Assembly (NCBI GenBank): GCA_965153455.1
Contig: OZ234493.1
Coordinates: 3,844,001-3,908,000, forward strand
DNA length: 64,000 nt
Direction: 5' to 3'
Source of the DNA: Sphagnum compactum
Lineage: Eukaryota
The translations under genes were made by a program, and so were the position numbers. Position 1 is the first letter of the stretch. Each line of letters starts with the position of its first letter. The notes beneath the pieces are model-generated. The model was not told the origin of the DNA, made no database searches, and saw only the letters and a program-made list of their open reading frames with translations. Positions 40,980 to 51,600 of the stretch are shown here, piece by piece.

Positions 40980-41432
40980 ATGGATTTGACTTTACATTTA
41001 TTGAAGATAAATGGCACAAAAAGGTGATTATTAGATCAATTTGAGGTTGTATATAGTTGGATTTGTAAATTTCTTTTGATGTGAGAGGGTGGGACATGGA
41101 ATCTACATTTATTGAAGATAAATGGCACAAAAAGGTGATTATTAGATCAATTTGAGGTTGCATATAGTTTGGATTTGTAAATTTCTTTTGATGTGAGAGG
41201 GTGGGACATGGAATCTACATTTTTTGAAGATAAATGGCACAAAAAGGTGATTATTAGATCAATTTGAGGTTGTATATAGTTGGATTTGTAAATTTCTTTT
41301 GATGTCGGAGGGTGGGGACATGGAATCTACATTTTTTGAAGATAAATGGCACATGGCGATTAGATCTATTTGAGAGGTGTAATTGGATTTGTAAAGAAGA
41401 TTTCGATGTGGGAGGGTGGGGACATGGATATC
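40980..41432. repeat. About 111-bp tandem repeat, 4 copies
   Basis: gataaatggcac recurs at about 41006, 41117, 41229 and 41341 within near-identical units. Confidence 0.92.
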
Positions 41433-42673
41433 TATCGTGCTTGTGAACAAGAAGAGGATGTGTACAAGTAAAAAGTGGTCATCCTTTTTGACAAGTAATG
41501 AGGATCAACTTAGTCATCCTCGCAAGCGGATGGTGCTCAAGAAGGGGTACTTGTTCAATTTTCAAGTGATAGTAGCATCTTCGGCCATGGCAATATATAC
41601 GAATTCTTCTATGTACTCAATGCAAGTCAAAGGGTTTAAGGCCCAATAGCATCTTTGTTCACATGTGAATTCTATGTTCATATTTGATGCAAATTGAAGG
41701 GTTGAGGTTATTCTCCGGTTAATAAGGAGGGAGGGGCGTGTGGGGTAGGCCATGTAGTACGAGGATAAACGGATGTAATCGGCCTTGACTTGATGAAAAG
41801 CATTGCAAGTGGGATGGAAGTAAACCAACGAACGGTGCACATGAAAACCCAAAATTAATTTCATCACATGAATGATCTATGAACATCATCATACTTACAT
41901 CCATGATGAAGGGGGCAACCAAAAAAGTATTAGGTACCAAAAAACACTTTCTCAAATTATTTTAATTTTGAAGCTGCCCCAAATGGTACGGGTAGGAAAG
42001 TACTAATTTTGCAAGTAGCCAAAAATTTTAAAACTTTTCCTTTTTTTTTCTGCGAGTTTAATAGTTTAAAAAAATTACCCTGGCGAGTTTGTCCCCTCAT
42101 GTCAGGACCTGGAATGGAGGGCCGGATGTTGCCCGATCTAAGGGTCCGTAGGAGTCTATTGCCGCTGCTCTCATCCTCTCTCTCTCTCTTGTTTCTCTCT
42201 CTCTCTCTTTGAGCGCTCGCTCTCTCTCTCTCTCTCTCTCTCTTCGGCTTCCGTTTCCTTGTGGCGCTACTACGATTTCGTGATTCTTTCTCATATTTTG
42301 AGCTGGAGAAATTTCCAAATCTGTCGCACGAGAATCCATATCCCGCAATCGTGCTTTAGAATCCGGAATTATTTTTTTGGTGGTGTGGGCAAATATTCAG
42401 AAAATTCGTGGCGGTGGTGGTGGTGGTGGTGGGTCTTGTGTTGTTGTGTGGGACGACAGGATTGGTAGCGTTTTCCTTTTTTTCCTGGGAGTTGCAAAGT
42501 GCTTGCATGGGTGAAGGAGAAAGCGGAGCAGCAGAAGCGGGAGAAGAAATGGTGGGAAGCAGTGCGTTGGCTTTCGAAATTTAGCGGTTTTGGTGTGTTG
42601 GTTCTTGAGTCTTTCGGGAATCAGGTTTTGTTGGCTTTGTATGTGTGTGCGTGCGTGTGAAGACGTGCTGGCT

Positions 42674-45600
42674 ATGGCAATGGGTATGGCGGAAGTGCAG
42701 TTTGCACTCTCTCTATCCGGTTCCTCGTCCTCAAGACACCTTGCATCGACTGAATTGTTTCCGAAGGATAAGAATTTGAGTGTCTCCTTTAAGTCTAGGA
42801 GGAATGTAGTAGGAGTAGTAGAAGGAGGAGGATGGAGAACAAGAAGAGGAACAGAAGCCACAGGAAGCAAAAGGAGGAGACTGGGGTTGATGGCTGTATG
42901 CAGAGCAAGTACATTGCTGGAACTGGTGCCGGAGTCCACAATCAAGAAGCTGAAGTACGACTTGCCCAGGTTTGATGTCATCAAAAGGAAGCCTGTAGAT
43001 TTGGTGATAGTGGGAGCGGGGCCTGCGGGACTTGCGGTGGCGAATCGAGTCTCGGCGGAGGGTTTGAGTGTTTGTTGTATTGATCCAGCTCCCCAGAGCG
43101 TGTGGCCCAACAACTATGGGGTGTGGGTGGATGAATTCGAGGCCATGGATTTGTTGGACTGCTTGGACTATACCTGGGGTAGTGCCGTTGTTTACCTCGA
43201 TGATACCACCAGCAAGCTGCTGGAAAGACCTTACGGCCGTGTCAATCGCACCAAGCTCAAGTCCAAAATGATTGAGGCTTGCATCTCTCACCGTGTTCAA
43301 TTCCATCAATCCAAGGTGGGGCCTGAGTTTCTGTTGCCACTGCTCTTTCCAGAGTTGCAAATTTGCTTGCTTGCTTGTTTGTATATGATGTGAGTCTCAC
43401 CAACAGCATCCATTCTACCCATCCAACTGTCATGAAGCCCTAACATGAAATCCTCAAAGAATTTGTGCCTTGAGAATGTTTCAGTCATGCTTGTTTGTTT
43501 GTATGCAATGTGAGTCTGACCACCAGCATCCATCCTACCATCAAACTGGCATGAAACCCTAATGAGAAATCTGCAAAGAATTTGTGCCTCAAGAATGTTC
43601 AATTCATGTTCAACACATTTCACAACAGGAAACTGCAATCAAAAGAAAACTTGTGCTCTGAGAATGATTGATTCATGTTTGGCAGATTTTTTGTTCTCTA
43701 ACAGAATTGCCAATCTATTTTTTCCTTGCAGGTTTTAAATGTGCAACATGATGCAGATCGTTCATATGTGTCATGTGATGATGGCACCTTGATTGAAGCG
43801 ACCACTGTTCTGGATGCAACAGGGTTTGCACGGCGGTTGGTGCAGTATGATAAACCATTCAACCCTGGATATCAGATTGCATACGGAATTGTGGCTGAGG
43901 TATGTCTACAAACTCCCACCTCATCCCTCTTGCTTTTGTTTGTTGCCACATGTAACCATTTCTAGCTCAGGTCTTTTGAAAGCATCAAAATTGCAAGTGT
44001 CAAGCTACTTTTGTCTCAATTCTTGCAGGTTGATGGCCATCCATTTGACCTTGACAAGATGTTGTTCATGGATTGGCGAGATTCACACCTGCGACCAGAT
44101 AAGGCTCTTATGGAAGGCAACTCAAAGCTCCCAACCTTCTTATATGCAATGCCATTTTCTGCCAATCGCATCTTCCTAGGTCCCTCTTCTCCTTCCCCCA
44201 CCCCCTTCCCTGACTCTATTGTCTTTTGCATTCCAGTCCTGCACTCTGTAGGATGGAATCGTGGGATACAGACTTTGCAGAAGATATAGTACAGTATGGG
44301 TTAATCCTCCTTGGTTGTTTTGTCTTTGAAGTAGACAAGAATCATGACTTGATTTATGAGGTGAGGTAGAGATTCTTTGCAGCATCTCTGTAGAATGGTG
44401 TTGATAATTTGAGGTCAATTGCATCACAGAGGAAACGTCACTGGTGGCAAGGCCAGGAGTGCCTATGGATGTGATCCAGAGACGCATGGAAGCTCGCCTT
44501 AATCACTTGGGTATCACTGTTCGAAGCATTGAAGAAGATGAGTATGTTTCTCCATCTTACCTATTCCTATGCATTTTCTGAACTGTTAAGGATGATGCAT
44601 TCAAACTGGAAGCTGGTTTCAGAATCAAACACTAACAAGGTACATCTGGGTGTTGGTGGGGGGAGGGCATGCTCATAACTCAGGAAATGTGTCATTCCAA
44701 TGGGTGGTGTATTGCCAGTGATTCCACAAAGGGTGCTAGGTATTGGTGGAACTGCTGGGATGGTCCATCCTTCTACTGGTATTTCCTTTTCTCATGTACA
44801 CATCAAGAAGTCAAATAATGTTCATGATCCTAGGAATGTGTTTTCTTCACATCCACTGAACATGGCTTGAAAGCAATTCAGTCTTCATGGCTTTTTTTCT
44901 TTCAGCTCTACAAAATGCAGGGCACTGATTGTTGATGTATCCTGCTATGCAGGCTACATGGTTGCAAGAACTTTAGCAGCAGCACCAATATTAGCAGATT
45001 CTTTGGTGAAGAGACTAGGAGGGTCATCCAGCCCTTATGTTTCTGGCAGCACTAGTGTATCAAGTGCAGAGGCATCATCAACAACCTTGCAAGGAGCAGA
45101 GGGGTCACTTGAGACAAATGCATCTCATCAGAAAGGGGATGAGCTTGCAGCAGGTGTGTGGGAAGACTTGTGGCCACTGGACCGACAGCAGCAGCGGGCT
45201 TTTTTCTGTTTTGGCATGCAAGTCCTATTGAAGGTGGGGAGTTTCATCCTGCTAAACTTGCAGACAATCAGTTTGTGCTAGGGTTAGGATCAGATTTTGC
45301 AGAGAAGAAGAGTCTGGATTCTTTGGAGACTTGTGTCCTGATCATAGCCAGATAATTTCTTTCTGCTATATAGTGGTGACCTTGTGGTGGTGATGGGCAC
45401 AGCTCAACTTGGCAGGGACAAGACGTTTTTTTGATGCTTTCTTTGACCTGGAACCCTATCATTGGCAAGGTTTCTTGTCCTCACGCCTTTATCTTATGGA
45501 GGTAACGCTTGACACAACTTCCAGGAAGCTGTTGTGTGAAATTTATGTTTTGTGCGCTTTAGGCTGCTTCAACGAGCTTCTACATGCTTATTCCAGTGAA

Positions 45601-45861
45601 GAAAGAGGTCTGTCTAGTCATTTAGAAGATCCAGTGACTTATGGTTTAAAGCTTGAAAAATATTGTAACTTTTTCAGTGATCTTTTCAGTGACAATCCTC
45701 ATTTTGTGGTTGCTGTTTTGTAGCTCATAGGATTTGGTCTCGCTCTATTCAAGCATGCAACCAACACAGCAAGAGCTGAGATTATTGTTATTGGGACAAT
45801 TCCACTTCTGAATTTGATACGAGAACTCACACAGATGAAGCCCCCAAAGATGAGCAGCTGA
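42674..45861 (+). CDS. LCYB: Lycopene beta-cyclase, plastid, 8 exons
   Basis: Exons 42674-43315, 43732-43899, 44029-44179, 44430-44541, 44684-44778, 44953-45233, 45403-45501 and 45724-45861 are in frame. Motifs: LLELVPE (beta-LCY motif), DLVIVGAGPAGLA (FAD binding), WPNNYGVWVDEFEAM, FMDWRDSH, PTFLYAMP, FLEETSLVARP, GGTAGMVHPSTGY, FFCFGM, TRRFFDAFF. Confidence 0.95.
43355..43615. repeat. About 120-bp tandem duplication in LCYB intron 1
   Basis: tgtgagtct.acc..cagcatccat.ctacc.atc.aactg.catgaa.ccctaa..gaaat...caaagaatttgtgcct..agaatgtt occurs twice. Confidence 0.8.
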
Positions 45862-46194
45862 TGCTCTCAAATGGCTCACATCCTCATGTAGTCTAGGCTT
45901 AAGTTGTCCATTCATGCAGTAGATAATGAGCTTTGATGTAATTGACTCTGTTGTGTAAGCTTATTGGCAGTTTGCTAGGATTGGAATCTAGCATATTCAC
46001 ATGGGATTTGCTTCAATCAACATAAATTCTTAGATTCATGGGGCATGAAGGTAACAATCTAGAAAGATTTATCATCTATGAATTCAATTTCAGATCCAGT
46101 TTGAAATAGACCTGCCCCATTTTGCAGTACATTCTGAGGTGATTTACATGAATGATGAGACACAAACTCTGATCAGTTTACAGTTTAATGTATG

Positions 46195-46560
46195 TAACAA
46201 TGAGATAAAGGTACCAATGCAATTTCAGTTTCATACAGGAGCAATGAGACAAGATAAGGTTCCAATTTGTTTCCAGTTTCTTAAGGGAAACAATGTGACA
46301 TACTAGACATGGATGTTGCTTCCAATTTCTTACATGCAAAAATTGGACACAAACAAGGTTCCAATGATGCTTCCAATTTCTTAAGGGAAACAATGTGACA
46401 CACAAGACAGCAATGTTGCTTCCAATTTCTTACATGCAACAATGGGACACAAACAAGCTTCCAATGTTGTTTTCAGTTTCTTACAGGAAACGAGACAGAC
46501 AAAAGGAAACCCTATGTGTTTCCAGATTCTTTTCCATGAGCAATTGACACACAAGGTGGT
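46195..46560. repeat. Degenerate tandem repeat between the convergent LCYB and RING genes
   Basis: Recurrent acaatg.gacaca...ttccaatttctta units of about 45-55 bp. Confidence 0.7.
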
Positions 46561-46999
46561 GCACAAGATTTGCAGCTGGTGAGCAGTAAGGAGTTCACAA
46601 CAGTGGCTCATCATTTTTTTCCTATGTACTAGAGTTTCTCTTCCCTGCGATGGTGCCTGCCAGTTTGAAGTCAGCAGATCTACCCATTTCTGTCTTTCCA
46701 CAAGACAACACAACAAGAGGAATTGTGTATGAATAGAACTTCAAATAGTGTGTAAATGAAGAAACAATCCTCATGGTTCACACACTGATAAACCTCACCC
46801 CGGAATTCATGGAGCAAAAGCAAAAGCTACCAGGTTGAAGTTCAAAAGCTTGATTTCCAGATCCAATCTGAGACACAGGACTTCACCGCAGAACCAGGAA
46901 GGGGGGAAACAGCTTCACAGACCTTGCACATGATGATGTCGATCATCATCATCATCCTTGCACAGCAGTTTAGTTTTTTTTTTTTTTTCCCAACAAGGA

Positions 47000-47668
47000 T
47001 CAGGTATGAATTACTGCGGGAAGTCGCTTAGGTCTTTTTGTAAGCTTCACTCGACAAATCGGACATCTGTTTCTGGAGGAGGATTTCCACAGCTTGAGAG
47101 CACAGGAGGTACAGATACTGGCATGCCCACATGGGATTAGCAAAGCCCTGTTCCTGGACGTGGGCTTCCAGCAGCGTGGCAATCCTTGACAGAGCTTTAG
47201 CAATCCCCGACCTAGCTTTGTATCACCCATTTCTTCAAAGCAAATTGCACACTCAGGCCGTCTCCTGAGGTTTCTTTTCCTATCATCATCATCTGTGTGT
47301 AGCTCCTTTTTCTCCTCCTTCTCCTCCTCCTCTTCCTCCTCCTGCTGCTGCCGCCGGTACACTTGAGCGAGTTTGGAGGAAAATGTGGTTTCCGCCATGA
47401 ATCTCTGCAGTGATTCCTCGGTCCGAAAAACCCTAGCCTCTATCTCTTGTCGGCCAGAATGCTCCCTTTGCCAAAGACGAAACAACTGGATGACAACAAG
47501 GAGAGGGAGCAAAGAAAGCACACAGAAGATGAGATGAAGGTGATAATAAGATGGAGGTCGGATTGAAAAGCTTATGCAACCACAAGTATGGAAGCTCAGG
47601 TAGAGATACAGTAGCACACGGGACAGTTTGCATGAAGGTGCAAGCGATGGAAATGGATTGAACACCAT
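47000..47668 (-). CDS. Single-exon membrane-anchored RING-HC (C3HC4) E3 ubiquitin ligase-like protein
   Basis: ATG at 47668; hydrophobic segment LIFCVLSLLPLLVVIQLF; acidic linker; RING CAIC-x36-CGH-x3-CTSC-x12-CPIC. Confidence 0.8.
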   Translation of the reverse strand: MVFNPFPSLAPSCKLSRVLLYLYLSFHTCGCISFSIRPPSYYHLHLIFCVLSLLPLLVVIQLFRLWQREHSGRQEIEARVFRTEESLQRFMAETTFSSKLAQVYRRQQQEEEEEEEKEEKKELHTDDDDRKRNLRRRPECAICFEEMGDTKLGRGLLKLCQGLPRCWKPTSRNRALLIPCGHASICTSCALKLWKSSSRNRCPICRVKLTKRPKRLPAVIHT

Positions 47669-48615
47669 AGTGAAAGAAAGCAAAAAAACAGCTTGCTGCT
47701 GCTGCTGCTGCCGCTATTCACAATCACACCAAGATTGAATGAATCCTCTCAAAAACATGAACCCAAAAAAAAAAACAAAAAAAAACAACAACAACAACGA
47801 GAACAAGAAAAATTCTGTTCACTTAAAACCCAAACGCCAAGAGTTCCATTGAAGGTGGAGAGCGATTTCCATTCAAGCTTCCATGGGTTTACGAAAGAAG
47901 AGGAAGAAGAAGAAGACGACCAAGACCAAAGGATCGCTAACCCTAAAAACTGCGAATCGGAAACGAAGACGACCTCAACAAACAAACCAAAGATCAAAAG
48001 AGACTTCCAAAATTACCCCCCCAAAAATAAATTATCATATTTTCATTCTCTCCTCTTCTTCATCTTTTTATTTTTTTCTCCCATTTTATTTTATTTTTTG
48101 TGTAGGAGAAGGGTCTGAAAATAGACCCTTTCAGATTTGAGATCTCGGCCCAAGGCCAGTAGTAGGCCGAGGGAACGGGTCGAATAGGTCAATACCGGCC
48201 TCAGGCTAGTTCATCCCGAAGCTTCAGCACGCCCCTCTACCTCTTTTAGTAAGTTTAGAGAAATTGTTTGTGCTTAATCAAATGAGAATGCTTAACACTA
48301 ATGCAATATCATGCTCAACATTTTTTTTCTTAGTGGCCAAAAAAGTAGCCAAAATGTTATGGTAAAAATAAAGGTGTTATAAGAAGTGATGATGAAAACA
48401 AGTCGGATAAAAGGGAAATATAGTTAGGATTTCGTTGAATGTTGTGCAATGGTAACCATTACATGATAATACTAAATGTTTGGATCACGACATGAAAACT
48501 CATGTCGTGGTGCAAAAGACATTCACCACTTTATGAATACTAGTGGGTAACCCGTGGCTACGCCACTCCAGCCACCCCGAACGCTCTGTTAAGCTTTATT
48601 GTCTGCACGATCATG

Positions 48616-51600
48616 TTACAACACCTCTGTGTAAACAACATTGCGAGTGTACACACCGGCAGGTGCATCTTCATGAGCATCCTCCCACCCATCTGTAACC
48701 AGTAGTTTCCCCCCCTCGGGGCACCCAATGCGCGACATGGCCACATACAACTGGCCATGTGTAAATACAGGCTTGGGCAAAAAAATGCCGACCATCTTCA
48801 ATGTCTGCCCTTGCGCCTTATTGATGGTCATGGCAAATGCAGGGCGCACAGGAAACTGGCGACGGCGCATAGTGAAAGGCATTCGTTCTGTGTCTGAAGG
48901 TGTGATGCTTAACCGTGGAATGAACACTCGTTGGCCCTTTGCAGGACCTGTTGCCACCTCTGCTTCAATGACATGCTGCATGAGTTGAATGACAATGAGC
49001 CTGGTACCATTAGCCAGGCCGTTGGTCATGTTGCGTAATAATATGATGGGACAACCCTCCTGCAAGTGCAGTTCATGGGGTGGTACGCCTGAAAAATTGA
49101 GTGTGTTCAAGAACTCAATGGGGTAAATGCCATGTTGCTCCCCATGCACCACAGAATCCGCGCTGTAATACACGCGGTGCTGTGCGGGCGAGCCATCGTG
49201 CTTTGTGAATGCATATTTGTCATTGATGAGTTTATTGAGTGCATCCACATCTTCGTTCAAAGGTGTAAGAATTGCACGCTCAATGATGTATGCAGATCTT
49301 GCAACATACTCAACAATAGATGACAGAGCGCCATACACTTCTTCAATCAAATCTGCCACAGTAGGGCCATTGCAGCACATGTCATGAGGAATAAGAATGG
49401 AGTCTTCACCAACAGAGGGATACACGCGCTCTGTGCCCTCCCCCACACGTTGCAAGTAATCAGCAAATGCCTGCAGCCGTGTGGCATCTGCCTGTGCATG
49501 CGCACCACCCTAAGCCAGCAACCTCTGCACGCGCATGTTGGTGTGCAGCTTGAATACACGCACATGTTGCCATATGCTGGAACGGTTCAAAGCTGCAGCG
49601 ACGACATCTCCCCTGGTGCCACGGGGCACAACAGGTAAAATTTGCCGAAAATCACCGCCAAACACCACAACCAAGCCGCCAAAGGGCAGGAACTTGAATG
49701 CTGGGTTAATGATAGCCATGATGTCCTGCAAAGACCTGTTGACAGCCTCAAAAACATGCCTGTGCATCATGACAGCCTCATCCCACACAATGAGCGCAGC
49801 CGCTTGCAAAAGTGTTGCCAGTTCAGAGTCCCTATTGATGTAGCATGTGGACGTGCTGTTGAGGCCTTGCACAGGGATCTTGAAACGTGAATGTGCAATG
49901 CATCCTCCGTCCAGCAGCAATGCAGCAATGCCAGAGGATGCCAGAGCAATAGCGACCCGACCCTGTGCACGCACGGTGCTCAGCAAGCAACTATAGAGAA
50001 AGGTTTTGCCAGTGCCGCCAAGGCCATCGACAAAAAATGCACGACGATCGATAGCGGCCATGACATTGTCATAGACAGCCCGTTGCTCAGGGTTAAGTTG
50101 CGGCACGCGTTCATCTCGCATGGCTGCTTGCGTTGCCGCGTCATACCTGGCAATTTCATCTGCCACCACAACACTGGCAGGCTGGGCCGTAGGCGTCGGC
50201 AAGCCAAATGCTGCCAAGCCCTGGCTGCTGTTGAGGTGTGCCAAGTGCAGCGCCAACTCCCGCAGCACCATGTCTCGGATGGCAGCATCGAGTTGCCGCG
50301 CTGGCTCGCCCTGCACGTTATAGGAGCACACACACGACATAGTGAGCATTGAGCGCCGCACAACATGCAAACCATGACCATGCAAAACCGCAAGGCAGGC
50401 TGACATGCAGAGCCATACACGGGCAGAGCTGAGCACCAACCTGGCGTGCTTGGTACAGGAAGTCTTCTGCCATGTCCTCATTGAAGCGCTCCCACATAGC
50501 CAATGGGTTTGCAATAGCATTGAACACCAGCAAGGCAGCAAATAGTGCCCTGAGGCATGAGGCACTGGCCATGCTTGCAGCCTCCTCCATGCACTGGGCC
50601 CACTCAGCATCGTCCTGCAGCAAACCACGCTGCTGACATGCTTCTTTGAAAGATGCGTGCTGCGTGGGATGTTGCAAGTGCCTGTTGGTGCACGTGAGGT
50701 CCTCAAAAGACGTAGCCCCAGGCACGTGATGCAGCAAAAGACGCAAGAAGTACCTCTCCCCCTCGGAGGGTTGCACAAAGTACATGCGGCCGACAGGCAC
50801 CAGACTTGGCGTCTGTGTGCGGAGTGCCCATTGCTTTTCCTTCTTTTTCCATGTGGCAATGCGTGGAAAGTCATGGTAAAGCGTGTTGAGAGCCAAGCGC
50901 AATGGTGCAGATGGATTGAGATGTTCCCGTGCTGTTTTGTTAAATGCAAACCATGCAGTCAGAGTTGTGTGAGGGTTCCGGTTAAGTACGGCCGCAACAT
51001 CAGTGCCCTCTTGAAACAGGATGGTCTGACGCCCTTTCAAGTGCACAACAAGCCGAACGACATTGGGGTGATCCTTGTGCAGATCAAAGCCATACAGACG
51101 GTGGCTGGCCTCAGAAGCCGACACATACCGGCCATCTTGGTAGATCTTGATCTCATCCCGCATGCGTGGCTGAGCGGGCGCAGCACCATCAGGTGCAGCA
51201 GCGTCCACCGGGCCAACGTCCACCTGTGCACGGTCGTGGCCCTTGTAGACGTACTTGTAGAGGTATTTGACAACTGCGACGGAGGTGCAGACCTCCACGT
51301 TGATGTGGCAGTTGAAGAACAGGGACAGGTACGGGTTGTAGGGCACCACCTAGCGGTTGTCAAAGGCAAACCCACCCCTGCAGCAGTAGCAACCAAACAG
51401 CAGTTGTTACATGAGCGGTGCCACAAGTCAATAAACGCAAACATGGCAACATAGTCGTGCATGTTGTCAGTCCAAATGCATGGTCCTACTGCCAGCACAC
51501 TTACCGCTCAAATGTGCAGCCATCATCCCTGCGACGGTATGTTGGGTAGGAGCCGGTGGTGTCGGTGGTGTGCTCCATGAAGGCCTTAGGGTAGCCTTTT

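Noticed and set aside
42397-43360. Long minus-strand ORFs of 238 and 209 aa
   Set aside because: They are antisense shadows of LCYB exon 1 with no independent motif.
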